Shown here: piece after piece, positions 48,601-63,600 of the stretch
Position numbering within the stretch: the first letter of the stretch is position 1
Layout: each line of letters starts with the position of its first letter
From: the human T2T-CHM13v2.0 reference genome, Homo sapiens
DNA length: 64,000 bases
Strand: one strand, 5' to 3'
Assembly (NCBI RefSeq): GCF_009914755.1
Contig: NC_060937.1
Position numbers and translations under genes: made by a program
Notes under the pieces: model-generated
The model's database searches: none
Told to the model about the DNA's origin: nothing
What the model saw: only the letters and a program-made list of their open reading frames with translations

Positions 48601-51600
48601 TCACAAACTATATATTATATAATGTACATAAAATATCAAAGTACCCAAGGTATATATTCTATACTGTACAAAAAATATCAAAGTACGCAAACATGTATTA
48701 TATACTGTACATAAAATATGAAATTACATCAAATATATATTATATTAGGTACATAAAATATGAAAGTACATCAAATATACATTATATAATGTACATAAAA
48801 TACCAAAGTACCCCAAATATATATTATATACTGTACATGAAATATCAAAGTTCACAAACTATATATTATATACTGTACATAAAATATCAAAGTACCAAAG
48901 GGATATATTCTATAATGTACAAAAAATATCAAAGTACCCAAAGCATGTATTATATACTGTACATAAAATATGAAAGTACATGAAATATATATTTTATTCT
49001 GTACATAAAATATCAAAGTACACCAAATATATATTCTATAGTGTACATAAAATATCAAAGTACCCAGACTATACATTATATACTGTACATAAAACATGAA
49101 ATTACATCCAATATATATTATATTTGGTACATAAAATATGAAAGTACATCAAATATAAATTATATACTGTACATAAAATACCAAAGTACCCCAAATATAT
49201 ATTATATACTGTACATGAAATATCAAAGTTCACAAACTATATATTATATACTGTACATAAAATATCAAAGTACCCAAGGTATATATTCTATACTGTACAA
49301 AAAATATCAAAGTTCCCAAAGCATGTATTATATACTGTTAATAAAATATGAAAGTACATCAAATATATATTTAATTCTGTACATAAAATATCAAAGTACA
49401 CCAAATATATATTCTATAGTGTACATAAAATATCAAAGTACCCAAACTATACATTATATACTGTACATAAAATATGAAATTACATCAAATATATATTATA
49501 TTAGGTACATAAAATATGAAAGTACATCAAATATAGATTATATACTGTACATAAAATACCAAAGTACCCCAAATACATATTATATACTGTACATGAAATA
49601 TCAAAGTTCACAAACTATATATTGTATACTGTACATAAAATATCAAAGTACCGAAGGGATATATTCTATACTGTACAAAAAATATCAAAGTACCCAAAGC
49701 ATGTATTATATACTGTACATAAAATATGAAAGTACATGAAATATATATTTTATTCTGTACATAAAATATCAAAGTACACCAAATATATATTCTATAGTGT
49801 ACATAAAATATCAAAGTACCCAGACTATACATTATATACTGTACATAAAACATGAAATTACATCCAATATATATTATATTAGGTACATAAAATATGAAAG
49901 TACATCAAATATAAATTATATACTGTACATAAAATACCAAAGAACCCCAAATACATATTATATACTGTACATGAAATATCAAAGTTCACAAACTATATAT
50001 TATATACTGTACATAAAATATCAAAGTACCCAAGGTATATATTCTATACTGTACAAAAAATATCAAAGTACCCAAAGCATGTATTATATACTGTTCATAA
50101 AATATGAAAGTACATCAAATATATATTTTATTCTGTACATAAATATCAAATTACCCCAAATATATATTCTATAGTGTACATCAAATATCAAACTACCCAA
50201 ACTATACATTATATACTGTACATAAAATATGAAATTACATCAAATATATATTATATTAGGTACATAAAATATGAAAGTACATCAAATATAGATTATATAC
50301 TGTACATAAAATACCAAAGAACCCCAAATATATATTATATACTGTACATGAAATATCAAAGTTCACAAACTATATATTATATACTGTACATAAAATATCA
50401 AAGTACCCAAGGTATATATTCTATACTGTACAAAAAATATCAAAGTACCCAAAGCATGTATTATATAGTGTATATAAAATATGAAAGTACATCAAATATA
50501 TATTTAATTCTGTACATAAAATATCAAAGTACACCAAATATATATTCTATAGTGTACATTAAATATCAAACTACCCAAACTATACATTATATACTGTACA
50601 TAAAATATGAAATTACATCAAATATATATTATATTAGGTACATAAAATATGAAAGTACATCAAATATAGATTATACACTGTACATAAAATACCAAAGAAC
50701 CCCAAATATATATTATATACTGTACATGAAATATCAAAGTTCACAAACTATATATTATATACTGTACATAAAATATCAAAGTACCCAAGGTATATATTCT
50801 ATACTGTACAAAAAATATCAAAGTACCCAAAGCATGTATTATATAGTGTATATAAAATATGAAAGTACATCAAATATATATTTAATTCTGTACATAAAAT
50901 ATCAAAGTACACCAAATATATATTCTATACTGTACATAAAATATCAAAGTACCCAAACTATACATTATATACTGTACATAAAATATGAAATTACATCAAA
51001 TATATATTATATTAGGTACATAAAATATGAAAGTACATCAAATATAGATTATACACTGTACATAAAATACCAAAGAACCCCAAATATATATTATATACTG
51101 TACATGAAATATCAAAGTTCACAAACTATATATTATATAATGTACATAAAATATCAAAGTACCCAAGGTATATATTCTATACTGTACAAAAAATATCAAA
51201 GTACGCAAACATGTATTATATACTGTACATAAAATATGAAATTACATCAAATATATATTATATTAGGTACATAAAATATGAAAGTACATCAAATATACAT
51301 TATATAATGTACATAAAATACCAAAGTACCCCAAATATATATTATATACTGTACATGAAATATCAAAGTTCACAAACTATATATTATATACTGTACATAA
51401 AATATCAAAGTACCCAAGGTATATATTCTATACTGTACAAAAAATACCAAAGTTCCCAAAGCATGTATTATATACTGTTAATAAAATATGAAAGTACATC
51501 AAATATATATTTAATTCTGTACATAAAATATCAAAGTACACCAAATATATATTCTATAGTGTACATAAAATATCAAAGTACCCAAACTATACATTATATA

Positions 51601-54600
51601 CTGTACATAAAATATGAAATTACATCAAATATATATTATATTAGGTACATAAAATATGAAAGTACATCAAATATAGATTATATACTGTACATAAAATACC
51701 AAAGTACCCCAAATACATATTATATACTGTACATGAAATATCAAAGTTCACAAACTATATATTGTATACTGTACATAAAATATCAAAGTACCGAAGGGAT
51801 ATATTCTATACTGTACAAAAAATATCAAAGTACCCAAAGCATGTATTATATACTGTACATAAAATATGAAAGTACATGAAATATATATTTTATTCTGTAC
51901 ATAAAATATCAAAGTACACCAAATATATATTCTATAGTGTACATAAAATATCAAAGTACCCAAACTATACATTATATACTGTACATAAAATATGAAATTA
52001 CATCAAATATATATTATATTAGGTACATAAAATATGAAAGTACATCAAATATAAATTATATACTGTACATAAAATACCAAAGAACCCCAAATACATATTA
52101 TATACTGTACATGAAATATCAAAGTTCACAAACTATATATTATATACTGTACATAAAATATCAAAGTACCCAAGGTATATATTCTATACTGTACAAAAAA
52201 TATCAAAGTACCCAAAGCATGTATTATATACTGTTCATAAAATATGAAAGTACATCAAATATATATTTTATTCTGTACATAAATATCAAATTACCCCAAA
52301 TATATATTCTATAGTGTACATCAAATATCAAACTACCCAAACTATACATTATATACTGTACATAAAATATGAAATTACATCAAATATATATTATATTAGG
52401 TACATAAAATATGAAAGTACATCAAATATAGATTATATACTGTACATAAAATACCAAAGAACCCCAAATATATATTATATACTGTACATGAAATATCAAA
52501 GTTCACAAACTATATATTATATACTGTACATAAAATATCAAAGTACCCAAGGTATATATTCTATACTGTACAAAAAATATCAAAGTACCCAAAGCATGTA
52601 TTATATAGTGTATATAAAATATGAAAGTACATCAAATATATATTTAATTCTGTACATAAAATATCAAAGTACACCAAATATATATTCTATACTGTACATA
52701 AAATATCAAAGTACCCAAACTATACATTATATACTGTACATAAAATATGAAATTACATCAAATATATATTATATTAGGTACATAAAATATGAAAGTACAT
52801 CAAATATAGATTATACACTGTACATAAAATACCAAAGTACCCCAAATATATATTATATACTGTATATGAAATATCAAAGTTCACAAACTATATATTATAT
52901 ACTGTACATAAAATATCAAAGTACCCAAGGTATATATTCTATACTGTACAAAAAATATCAAAGTTCCCAAAGCATGTATTATATACTGTTAATAAAATAT
53001 GAAAGTACATCAAATATATATTTAATTCTGTACATAAAATATCAAAGTACCCAAGGTATATATTCTATAGTGTACAAAAAATATCAAAGTACGCAAACAT
53101 GTATTATATACTGTACATAAAATATGAAATTACATCAAATATATATTATATTAGGTACATAAAATATGAAAGTACATCAAATATACATTATATAATGTAC
53201 ATAAAATACCAAAGTACCCCAAATATATATTATATACTGTACATGAAATATCAAAGTTCACAAACTATATATTGCATACTGTACATAAAATATCAAAGTA
53301 CCGAAGGGATATATTCTATACTGTACAAAAAATATCAAAGTACCCAAAGCATGTATTATATACTGTACATAAAATATGAAAGTACATGAAATATATATTT
53401 TATTCTGTACATAAAATATCAAAGTACACCAAATATATATTCTATAGTGTACATAAAATATCAAAGTACCCAGACTATACATTATATACTGTACATAAAA
53501 CATGAAATTACATCCAATATATATTATATTAGGTACATAAAATATGAAAGTACATCAAATATAAATTATATACTGTACATAAAATACCAAAGTACCCCAA
53601 ATATATATTATATACTGTACATGAAATATCAAAGTTCACAAACTATATATTATATACTGTACATAAAATATCAAAGTACCCAAGGTATATATTCTATACT
53701 GTACAAAAAATATCAAAGTACCCAAAGCATGTATTATATAGTGTATATAAAATATGAAAGTACATCAAATATATATTTAATTCTGTACATAAAATATCAA
53801 AGTACACCAAATATATATTCTATAGTGTACATTAAATATCAAACTACCCAAACTATACATTATATACTGTACATAAAATATGAAATTACATCAAATATAT
53901 ATTATATTAGGTACATAAAATATGAAAGTACATCAAATATAGATTATACACTGTACATAAAATACCAAAGAACCCCAAATATATATTATATACTGTACAT
54001 GAAATATCAAAGTTCACAAACTATATATTATATAATGTACATAAAATATCAAAGTACCCAAGGTATATATTCTATACTGTACAAAAAATATCAAAGTACG
54101 CAAACATGTATTATATACTGTACATAAAATATGAAATTACATCAAATATATATTATATTAGGTACATAAAATATGAAAGTACATCAAATATACATTATAT
54201 AATGTACATAAAATACCAAAGTACCCCAAATATATATTATATACTGTACATGAAATATCAAAGTTCACAAACTATATATTATATACTGTACATAAATATC
54301 AAAGTACCCAAGGTATATATTCTATACTGTACAAAAAATATCAAAGTTCCCAAAGCATGTATTATATACTGTTAATAAAATATGAAAGTACATCAAATAT
54401 ATATTTAATTCTGTACATAAAATATCAAAGTACACCAAATATATATTCTATAGTGTACATAAAATATCAAAGTACCCAAACTATACATTATATACTGTAC
54501 ATAAAATATGAAATTACATCAAATATATATTATATTAGGTACATAAAATATGAAAGTACATCAAATATAGATTATATACTGTACATAAAATACCAAAGTA

Positions 54601-57600
54601 CCCCAAATACATATTATATACTGTACATGAAATATCAAAGTTCACAAACTATATATTGTATACTGTACATAAAATATCAAAGTACCGAAGGGATATATTC
54701 TATACTGTACAAAAAATATCAAAGTACCCAAAGCATGTATTATATACTGTACATAAAATATGAAAGTACATGAAATATATATTTTATTCTGTACATAAAA
54801 TATCAAAGTACACCAAATATATATTCTATAGTGTACATAAAATATCAAAGTACCCAGACTATACATTATATACTGTACATAAAACATGAAATTACATCCA
54901 ATATATATTATATTAGGTACATAAAATATGAAAGTACATCAAATATAAATTATATACTGTACATAAAATACCAAAGTACCCCAAATATATATTATATACT
55001 GTACATGAAATATCAAAGTTCACAAACTATATATTATATACTGTACATAAAATATCAAAGTACCCAAGGTATACATTCTATACTGTACAAAAAATATCAA
55101 AGTACCCAAAGCATGTATTATATAGTGTATATAAAATATGAAAGTACATCAAATATATATTTAATTCTGTACATAAAATATCAAAGTACACCAAATATAT
55201 ATTCTATAGTGTACATTAAATATCAAACTACCCAAACTATACATTATATACTGTACATAAAATATGAAATTACATCAAATATATATTATATTAGGTACAT
55301 AAAATATGAAAGTACATCAAATATAGATTATACACTGTACATAAAATACCAAAGAACCCCAAATATATATTATATACTGTACATGAAATATCAAAGTTCA
55401 CAAACTATATATTATATACTGTACATAAAATATCAAAGTACCCAAGGTATATATTCTATACTGTACAAAAAATATCAAAGTACCCAAAGCATGTATTATA
55501 TAGTGTATATAAAATATGAAAGTACATCAAATATATATTTAATTCTGTACATAAAATATCAAAGTACACCAAATATATATTCTATACTGTACATAAAATA
55601 TCAAAGTACCCAAACTATACATTATATACTGTACATAAAATATGAAATTACATCAAATATATATTATATTAGGTACATAAAATATGAAAGTACATCAAAT
55701 ATAGATTATACACTGTACATAAAATACCAAAGAACCCCAAATATATATTATATACTGTACATGAAATATCAAAGTTCACAAACTATATATTATATAATGT
55801 ACATAAAATATCAAAGTACCCAAGGTATATATTCTATACTGTACAAAAAATATCAAAGTACGCAAACATGTATTATATACTGTACATAAAATATGAAATT
55901 ACATCAAATATATATTATATTAGGTACATAAAATATGAAAGTACATCAAATATACATTATATAATGTACATAAAATACCAAAGTACCCCAAATATATATT
56001 ATATACTGTACATGAAATATCAAAGTTCACAAACTATATATTATATACTGTACATAAAATATCAAAGTACCAAAGGGATATATTCTATAATGTACAAAAA
56101 ATATCAAAGTACCCAAAGCATGTATTATATACTGTATATAAAATATGAAAGTACATGAAATATATATTTTATTCTGTACATAAAATATCAAAGTACACCA
56201 AATATATATTCTATAGTGTACATAAAATATCAAAGTACCCAGACTATACATTATATACTGTACATAAAACATGAAATTACATCCAATATATATTATATTT
56301 GGTACATAAAATATGAAAGTACATCAAATATAAATTATATACTGTACATAAAATACCAAAGTACCCCAAATATATATTATATACTGTACATGAAATATCA
56401 AAGTTCACAAACTATATATTATATACTGTACATAAAATATCAAAGTACCCAAGGTATATATTCTATACTGTACAAAAAATATCAAAGTTCCCAAAGCATG
56501 TATTATATACTGTTAATAAAATATGAAAGTACATCAAATATATATTTAATTCTGTACATAAAATATCAAAGTACACCAAATATATATTCTATAGTGTACA
56601 TAAAATATCAAAGTACCCAAACTATACATTATATACTGTACATAAAATATGAAATTACATCAAATATATATTATATTAGGTACATAAAATATGAAAGTAC
56701 ATCAAATATAGATTATATACTGTACATAAAATACCAAAGTACCCCAAATACATATTATATACTGTACATGAAATATCAAAGTTCACAAACTATATATTGT
56801 ATACTGTACATAAAATATCAAAGTACCGAAGGGATATATTCTATACTGTACAAAAAATATCAAAGTACCCAAAGCATGTATTATATACTGTACATAAAAT
56901 ATGAAAGTACATGAAATATATATTTTATTCTGTACATAAAATATCAAAGTACACCAAATATATATTCTATAGTGTACATAAAATATCAAAGTACCCAGAC
57001 TATACATTATATACTGTACATAAAACATGAAATTACATCCAATATATATTATATTAGGTACATAAAATATGAAAGTACATCAAATATAAATTATATACTG
57101 TACATAAAATACCAAAGTACCCCAAATATATATTATATACTGTACATGAAATATCAAAGTTCACAAACTATATATTATATACTGTACATAAAATATCAAA
57201 GTACCCAAGGTATATATTCTATACTGTACAAAAAATATCAAAGTACCCAAAGCATGTATTATATAGTGTATATAAAATATGAAAGTACATCAAATATATA
57301 TTTAATTCTGTACATAAAATATCAAAGTACACCAAATATATATTCTATAGTGTACATTAAATATCAAACTACCCAAACTATACATTATATACTGTACATA
57401 AAATATGAAATTACATCAAATATATATTATATTAGGTACATAAAATATGAAAGTACATCAAATATAGATTATACACTGTACATAAAATACCAAAGAACCC
57501 CAAATATATATTATATACTGTACATGAAATATCAAAGTTCACAAACTATATATTATATACTGTACATAAAATATCAAAGTACCCAAGGTATATATTCTAT

Positions 57601-60600
57601 ACTGTACAAAAAATATCAAAGTACCCAAAGCATGTATTATATAGTGTATATAAAATATGAAAGTACATCAAATATATATTTAATTCTGTACATAAAATAT
57701 CAAAGTACACCAAATATATATTCTATACTGTACATAAAATATCAAAATACCCAAACTATACATTATATACTGTACATAAAATATGAAATTACATCAAATA
57801 TATATTATATTAGGTACATAAAATATGAAAGTACATCAAATATAGATTATACACTGTACATAAAATACCAAAGAACCCCAAATATATATTATATACTGTA
57901 CATGAAATATCAAAGTTCACAAACTATATATTATATAATGTACATAAAATATCAAAGTACCCAAGGTATATATTCTATACTGTACAAAAAATATCAAAGT
58001 ACGCAAACATGTATTATATACTGTACATAAAATATGAAATTACATCAAATATATATTATATTAGGTACATAAAATATGAAAGTACATCAAATATACATTA
58101 TATAATGTACATAAAATACCAAAGTACCCCAAATATATATTATATACTGTACATGAAATATCAAAGTTCACAAACTATATATTATATACTGTACATAAAA
58201 TATCAAAGTACCGAAGGGATATATTCTATAATGTACAAAAAATATCAAAGTACCCAAAGCATGTATTATATACTGTACATAAAATATGAAAGTACATGAA
58301 ATATATATTTTATTCTGTACATAAAATATCAAAGTACACCAAATATATATTCTATAGTGTACATAAAATATCAAAGTACCCAGACTATACATTATATACT
58401 GTACATAAAACATGAAATTACATCCAATATATATTATATTTGGTACATAAAATATGAAAGTACATCAAATATAAATTATATACTGTACATAAAATACCAA
58501 AGTACCCCAAATATATATTATATACTGTACATGAAATATCAAAGTTCACAAACTATATATTATATACTGTACATAAAATATCAAAGTACCCAAGGTATAT
58601 ATTCTATACTGTACAAAAAATATCAAAGTTCCCAAAGCATGTATTATATACTGTTAATAAAATATGAAAGTACATCAAATATATATTTAATTCTGTACAT
58701 AAAATATCAAAGTACACCAAATATATATTCTATAGTGTACATAAAATATCAAAGTACCCAAACTATACATTATATACTGTACATAAAATATGAAATTACA
58801 TCAAATATATATTATATTAGGTACATAAAATATGAAAGTACATCAAATATATATTATATACTGTACATAAAATACCAAAGTACCCCAAATACATATTATA
58901 TACTGTACATGAAATATCAAAGTTCACAAACTATATATTGTATACTGTACATAAAATATCAAAGTACCGAAGGGATATATTCTATACTGTACAAAAAATA
59001 TCAAAGTACCCAAAGCATGTATTATATACTGTACATAAAATATGAAAGTACATGAAATATATATTTTATTCTGTACATAAAATATCAAAGTACACCAAAT
59101 ATATATTCTATAGTGTACATAAAATATCAAAGTACCCAGACTATACATTATATACTGTACATAAAACATGAAATTACATCCAATATATATTATATTAGGT
59201 ACATAAAATATGAAAGTACATCAAATATAAATTATATACTGTACATAAAATACCAAAGTACCCCAAATATATATTATATACTGTACATGAAATATCAAAG
59301 TTCACAAACTATATATTATATACTGTACATAAAATATCAAAGTACCCAAGGTATATATTCTATACTGTACAAAAAATATCAAAGTACCCAAAGCATGTAT
59401 TATATAGTGTATATAAAATATGAAAGTACATCAAATATATATTTAATTCTGTACATAAAATATCAAAGTACACCAAATATATATTCTATAGTGTACATTA
59501 AATATCAAACTACCCAAACTATACATTATATACTGTACATAAAATATGAAATTACATCAAATATATATTATATTAGGTACATAAAATATGAAAGTACATC
59601 AAATATAGATTATACACTGTACATAAAATACCAAAGAACCCCAAATATATATTATATACTGTATATGAAATATCAAAGTTCACAAACTATATATTATATA
59701 CTGTACATAAAATATCAAAGTACCCAAGGTATATATTCTATACTGTACAAAAAATATCAAAGTACCCAAAGCATGTATTATATAGTGTATATAAAATATG
59801 AAAGTACATCAAATATATATTTAATTCTGTACATAAAATATCAAAGTACACCAAATATATATTCTATACTGTACATAAAATATCAAAGTACCCAAACTAT
59901 ACATTATATACTGTACATAAAATATGAAATTACATCAAATATATATTATATTAGGTACATAAAATATGAAAGTACATCAAATATAGATTATACACTGTAC
60001 ATAAAATACCAAAGAACCCCAAATCTATATTATATACTGTACATGAAATATCAAAGTTCACAAACTATATATTATATACTGTACATAAAATATCAAAGTA
60101 CCCAAGGTATATATTCTATACTGTACAAAAAATATCAAAGTTCCCAAAGCATGTATTATATACTGTTAATAAAATATGAAAGTACATCAAATATATATTT
60201 AATTCTGTACATAAAATATCAAAGTACACCAAATATATATTCTATAGTGTACATAAAATATCAAAGTACCCAAACTATACATTATATACTGTACATAAAA
60301 TATGAAATTACATCAAATATATATTATATTAGGTACATAAAATATGAAAGTACATCAAATATAGATTATATACTGTACATAAAATACCAAAGTACCCCAA
60401 ATACATATTATATACTGTACATGAAATATCAAAGTTCACAAACTATATATTGTATACTGTACATAAAATATCAAAGTACCGAAGGGATATATTCTATACT
60501 GTACAAAAAATATCAAAGTACCCAAAGCATGTATTATATACTGTACATAAAATATGAAAGTACATGAAATATATATTTTATTCTGTACATAAAATATCAA

Positions 60601-63600
60601 AGTACACCAAATATATATTCTATAGTGTACATAAAATATCAAAGTACCCAGACTATACATTATATACTGTACATAAAACATGAAATTACATCCAATATAT
60701 ATTATATTAGGTACATAAAATATGAAAGTACATCAAATATAAATTATATACTGTACATAAAATACCAAAGTACCCCAAATATATATTATATACTGTACAT
60801 GAAATATCAAAGTTCACAAACTATATATTATATACTGTACATAAAATATCAAAGTACCCAAGGTATATATTCTATACTGTACAAAAAATATCAAAGTACC
60901 CAAAGCATGTATTATATAGTGTATATAAAATATGAAAGTACATCAAATATATATTTAATTCTGTACATAAAATATCAAAGTACACCAAATATATATTCTA
61001 TAGTGTACATTAAATATCAAACTACCCAAACTATACATTATATACTGTACATAAAATATGAAATTACATCAAATATATATTATATTAGGTACATAAAATA
61101 TGAAAGTACATCAAATATAGATTATACACTGTACATAAAATACCAAAGAACCCCAAATATATATTATATACTGTACATGAAATATCAAAGTTCACAAACT
61201 ATATATTATATACTGTACATAAAATATCAAAGTACCCAAGGTATATATTCTATACTGTACAAAAAATATCAAAGTACGCAAACATGTATTATATACTGTA
61301 CATAAAATATGAAATTACATCAAATATATATTATATTAGGTACATAAAATATGAAAATACATCAAATATACATTATATAATGTACATAAAATACCAAAGT
61401 ACCCCAAATATATATTATATACTGTACATGAAATATCAAAGTTCACAAACTATATATTATATACTGTACATAAAATATCAAAGTACCGAAGGGATATATT
61501 CTATAATGTACAAAAAATATCAAAGTACCCAAAGCATGTATTATATACTGTACATAAAATATGAAAGTACATGAAATATATATTTTATTCTGTACATAAA
61601 ATATCAAAGTACACCAAATATATATTCTATAGTGTACATAAAATATCAAAGTACCCAGACTATACATTATATACTGTACATAAAACATGAAATTACATCC
61701 AATATATATTATATTTGGTACATAAAATATGAAAGTACATCAAATATAAATTATATACTGTACATAAAATACCAAAGTACCCCAAATATATATTATATAC
61801 TGTACATGAAATATCAAAGTTCACAAACTATATATTATATACTGTACATAAAATATCAAAGTACCCAAGGTATATATTCTATACTGTACAAAAAATATCA
61901 AAGTTCCCAAAGCATGTATTATATACTGTTAATAAAATATGAAAGTACATCAAATATATATTTAATTCTGTACATAAAATATCAAAGTACACCAAATATA
62001 TATTCTATAGTGTACATAAAATATCAAAGTACCCAAACTATACATTATATACTGTACATAAAATATGAAATTACATCAAATATATATTATATTAGGTACA
62101 TAAAATATGAAAGTACATCAAATATATATTATATACTGTACATAAAATACCAAAGTACCCCAAATACATATTATATACTGTACATGAAATATCAAAGTTC
62201 ACAAACTATATATTGTATACTGTACATAAAATATCAAAGTACCGAAGGGATATATTCTATACTGTACAAAAAATATCAAAGTACCCAAAGCATGTATTAT
62301 ATACTGTACATAAAATATGAAAGTACATGAAATATATATTTTATTCTGTACATAAAATATCAAAGTACACCAAATATATATTCTATAGTGTACATAAAAT
62401 ATCAAAGTACCCAGACTATACATTATATACTGTACATAAAACATGAAATTACATCCAATATATATTATATTAGGTACATAAAATATGAAAGTACATCAAA
62501 TATAAATTATATACTGTACATAAAATACCAAAGTACCCCAAATATATATTATATACTGTACATGAAATATCAAAGTTCACAAACTATATATTATATACTG
62601 TACATAAAATATCAAAGTACCCAAGGTATATATTCTATAGTGTACAAAAAATATCAAAGTACCCAAAGCATGTATTATATAGTGTATATAAAATATGAAA
62701 GTACATCAAATATATATTTAATTCTGTACATAAAATATCAAAGTACACCAAATATATATTCTATAGTGTACATTAAATATCAAACTACCCAAACTATACA
62801 TTATATACTGTACATAAAATATGAAATTACATCAAATATATATTATATTAGGTACATAAAATATGAAAGTACATCAAATATAGATTATACACTGTACATA
62901 AAATACCAAAGAACCCCAAATATATATTATATACTGTACATGAAATATCAAAGTTCACAAACTATATATTATATACTGTACATAAAATATCAAAGTACCC
63001 AAGGTATATATTCTATACTGTACAAAAAATATCAAAGTACCCAAAGCATGTATTATATAGTGTATATAAAATATGAAAGTACATCAAATATATATTTAAT
63101 TCTGTACATAAAATATCAAAGTACACCAAATATATATTCTATACTGTACATAAAATATCAAAGTACCCAAACTATACATTATATACTGTACATAAAATAT
63201 GAAATTACATCAAATATATATTATATTAGGTACATAAAATATGAAAGTACATCAAATATAGATTATACACTGTACATAAAATACCAAAGAACCCCAAATA
63301 TATATTATATACTGTACATGAAATATCAAAGTTCACAAACTATATATTATATAATGTACATAAAATATCAAAGTACCCAAGGTATATATTCTATACTGTA
63401 CAAAAAATATCAAAGTACGCAAACATGTATTATATACTGTACATAAAATATGAAATTACATCAAATATATATTATATTAGGTACATAAAATATGAAAGTA
63501 CATCAAATATACATTATATAATGTACATAAAATACCAAAGTACCCCAAATATATATTATATACTGTACATGAAATATCAAAGTTCACAAACTATATATTA

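Noticed and set aside
40102-50174. Apparent 5,036-bp period (40102, 45138, 50174)
   Set aside because: The two intervals have different internal composition (1134+1762+1763+377 versus 1133+1385+1385+756+377); equal length looks coincidental and depends on a singleton 1-bp deletion.
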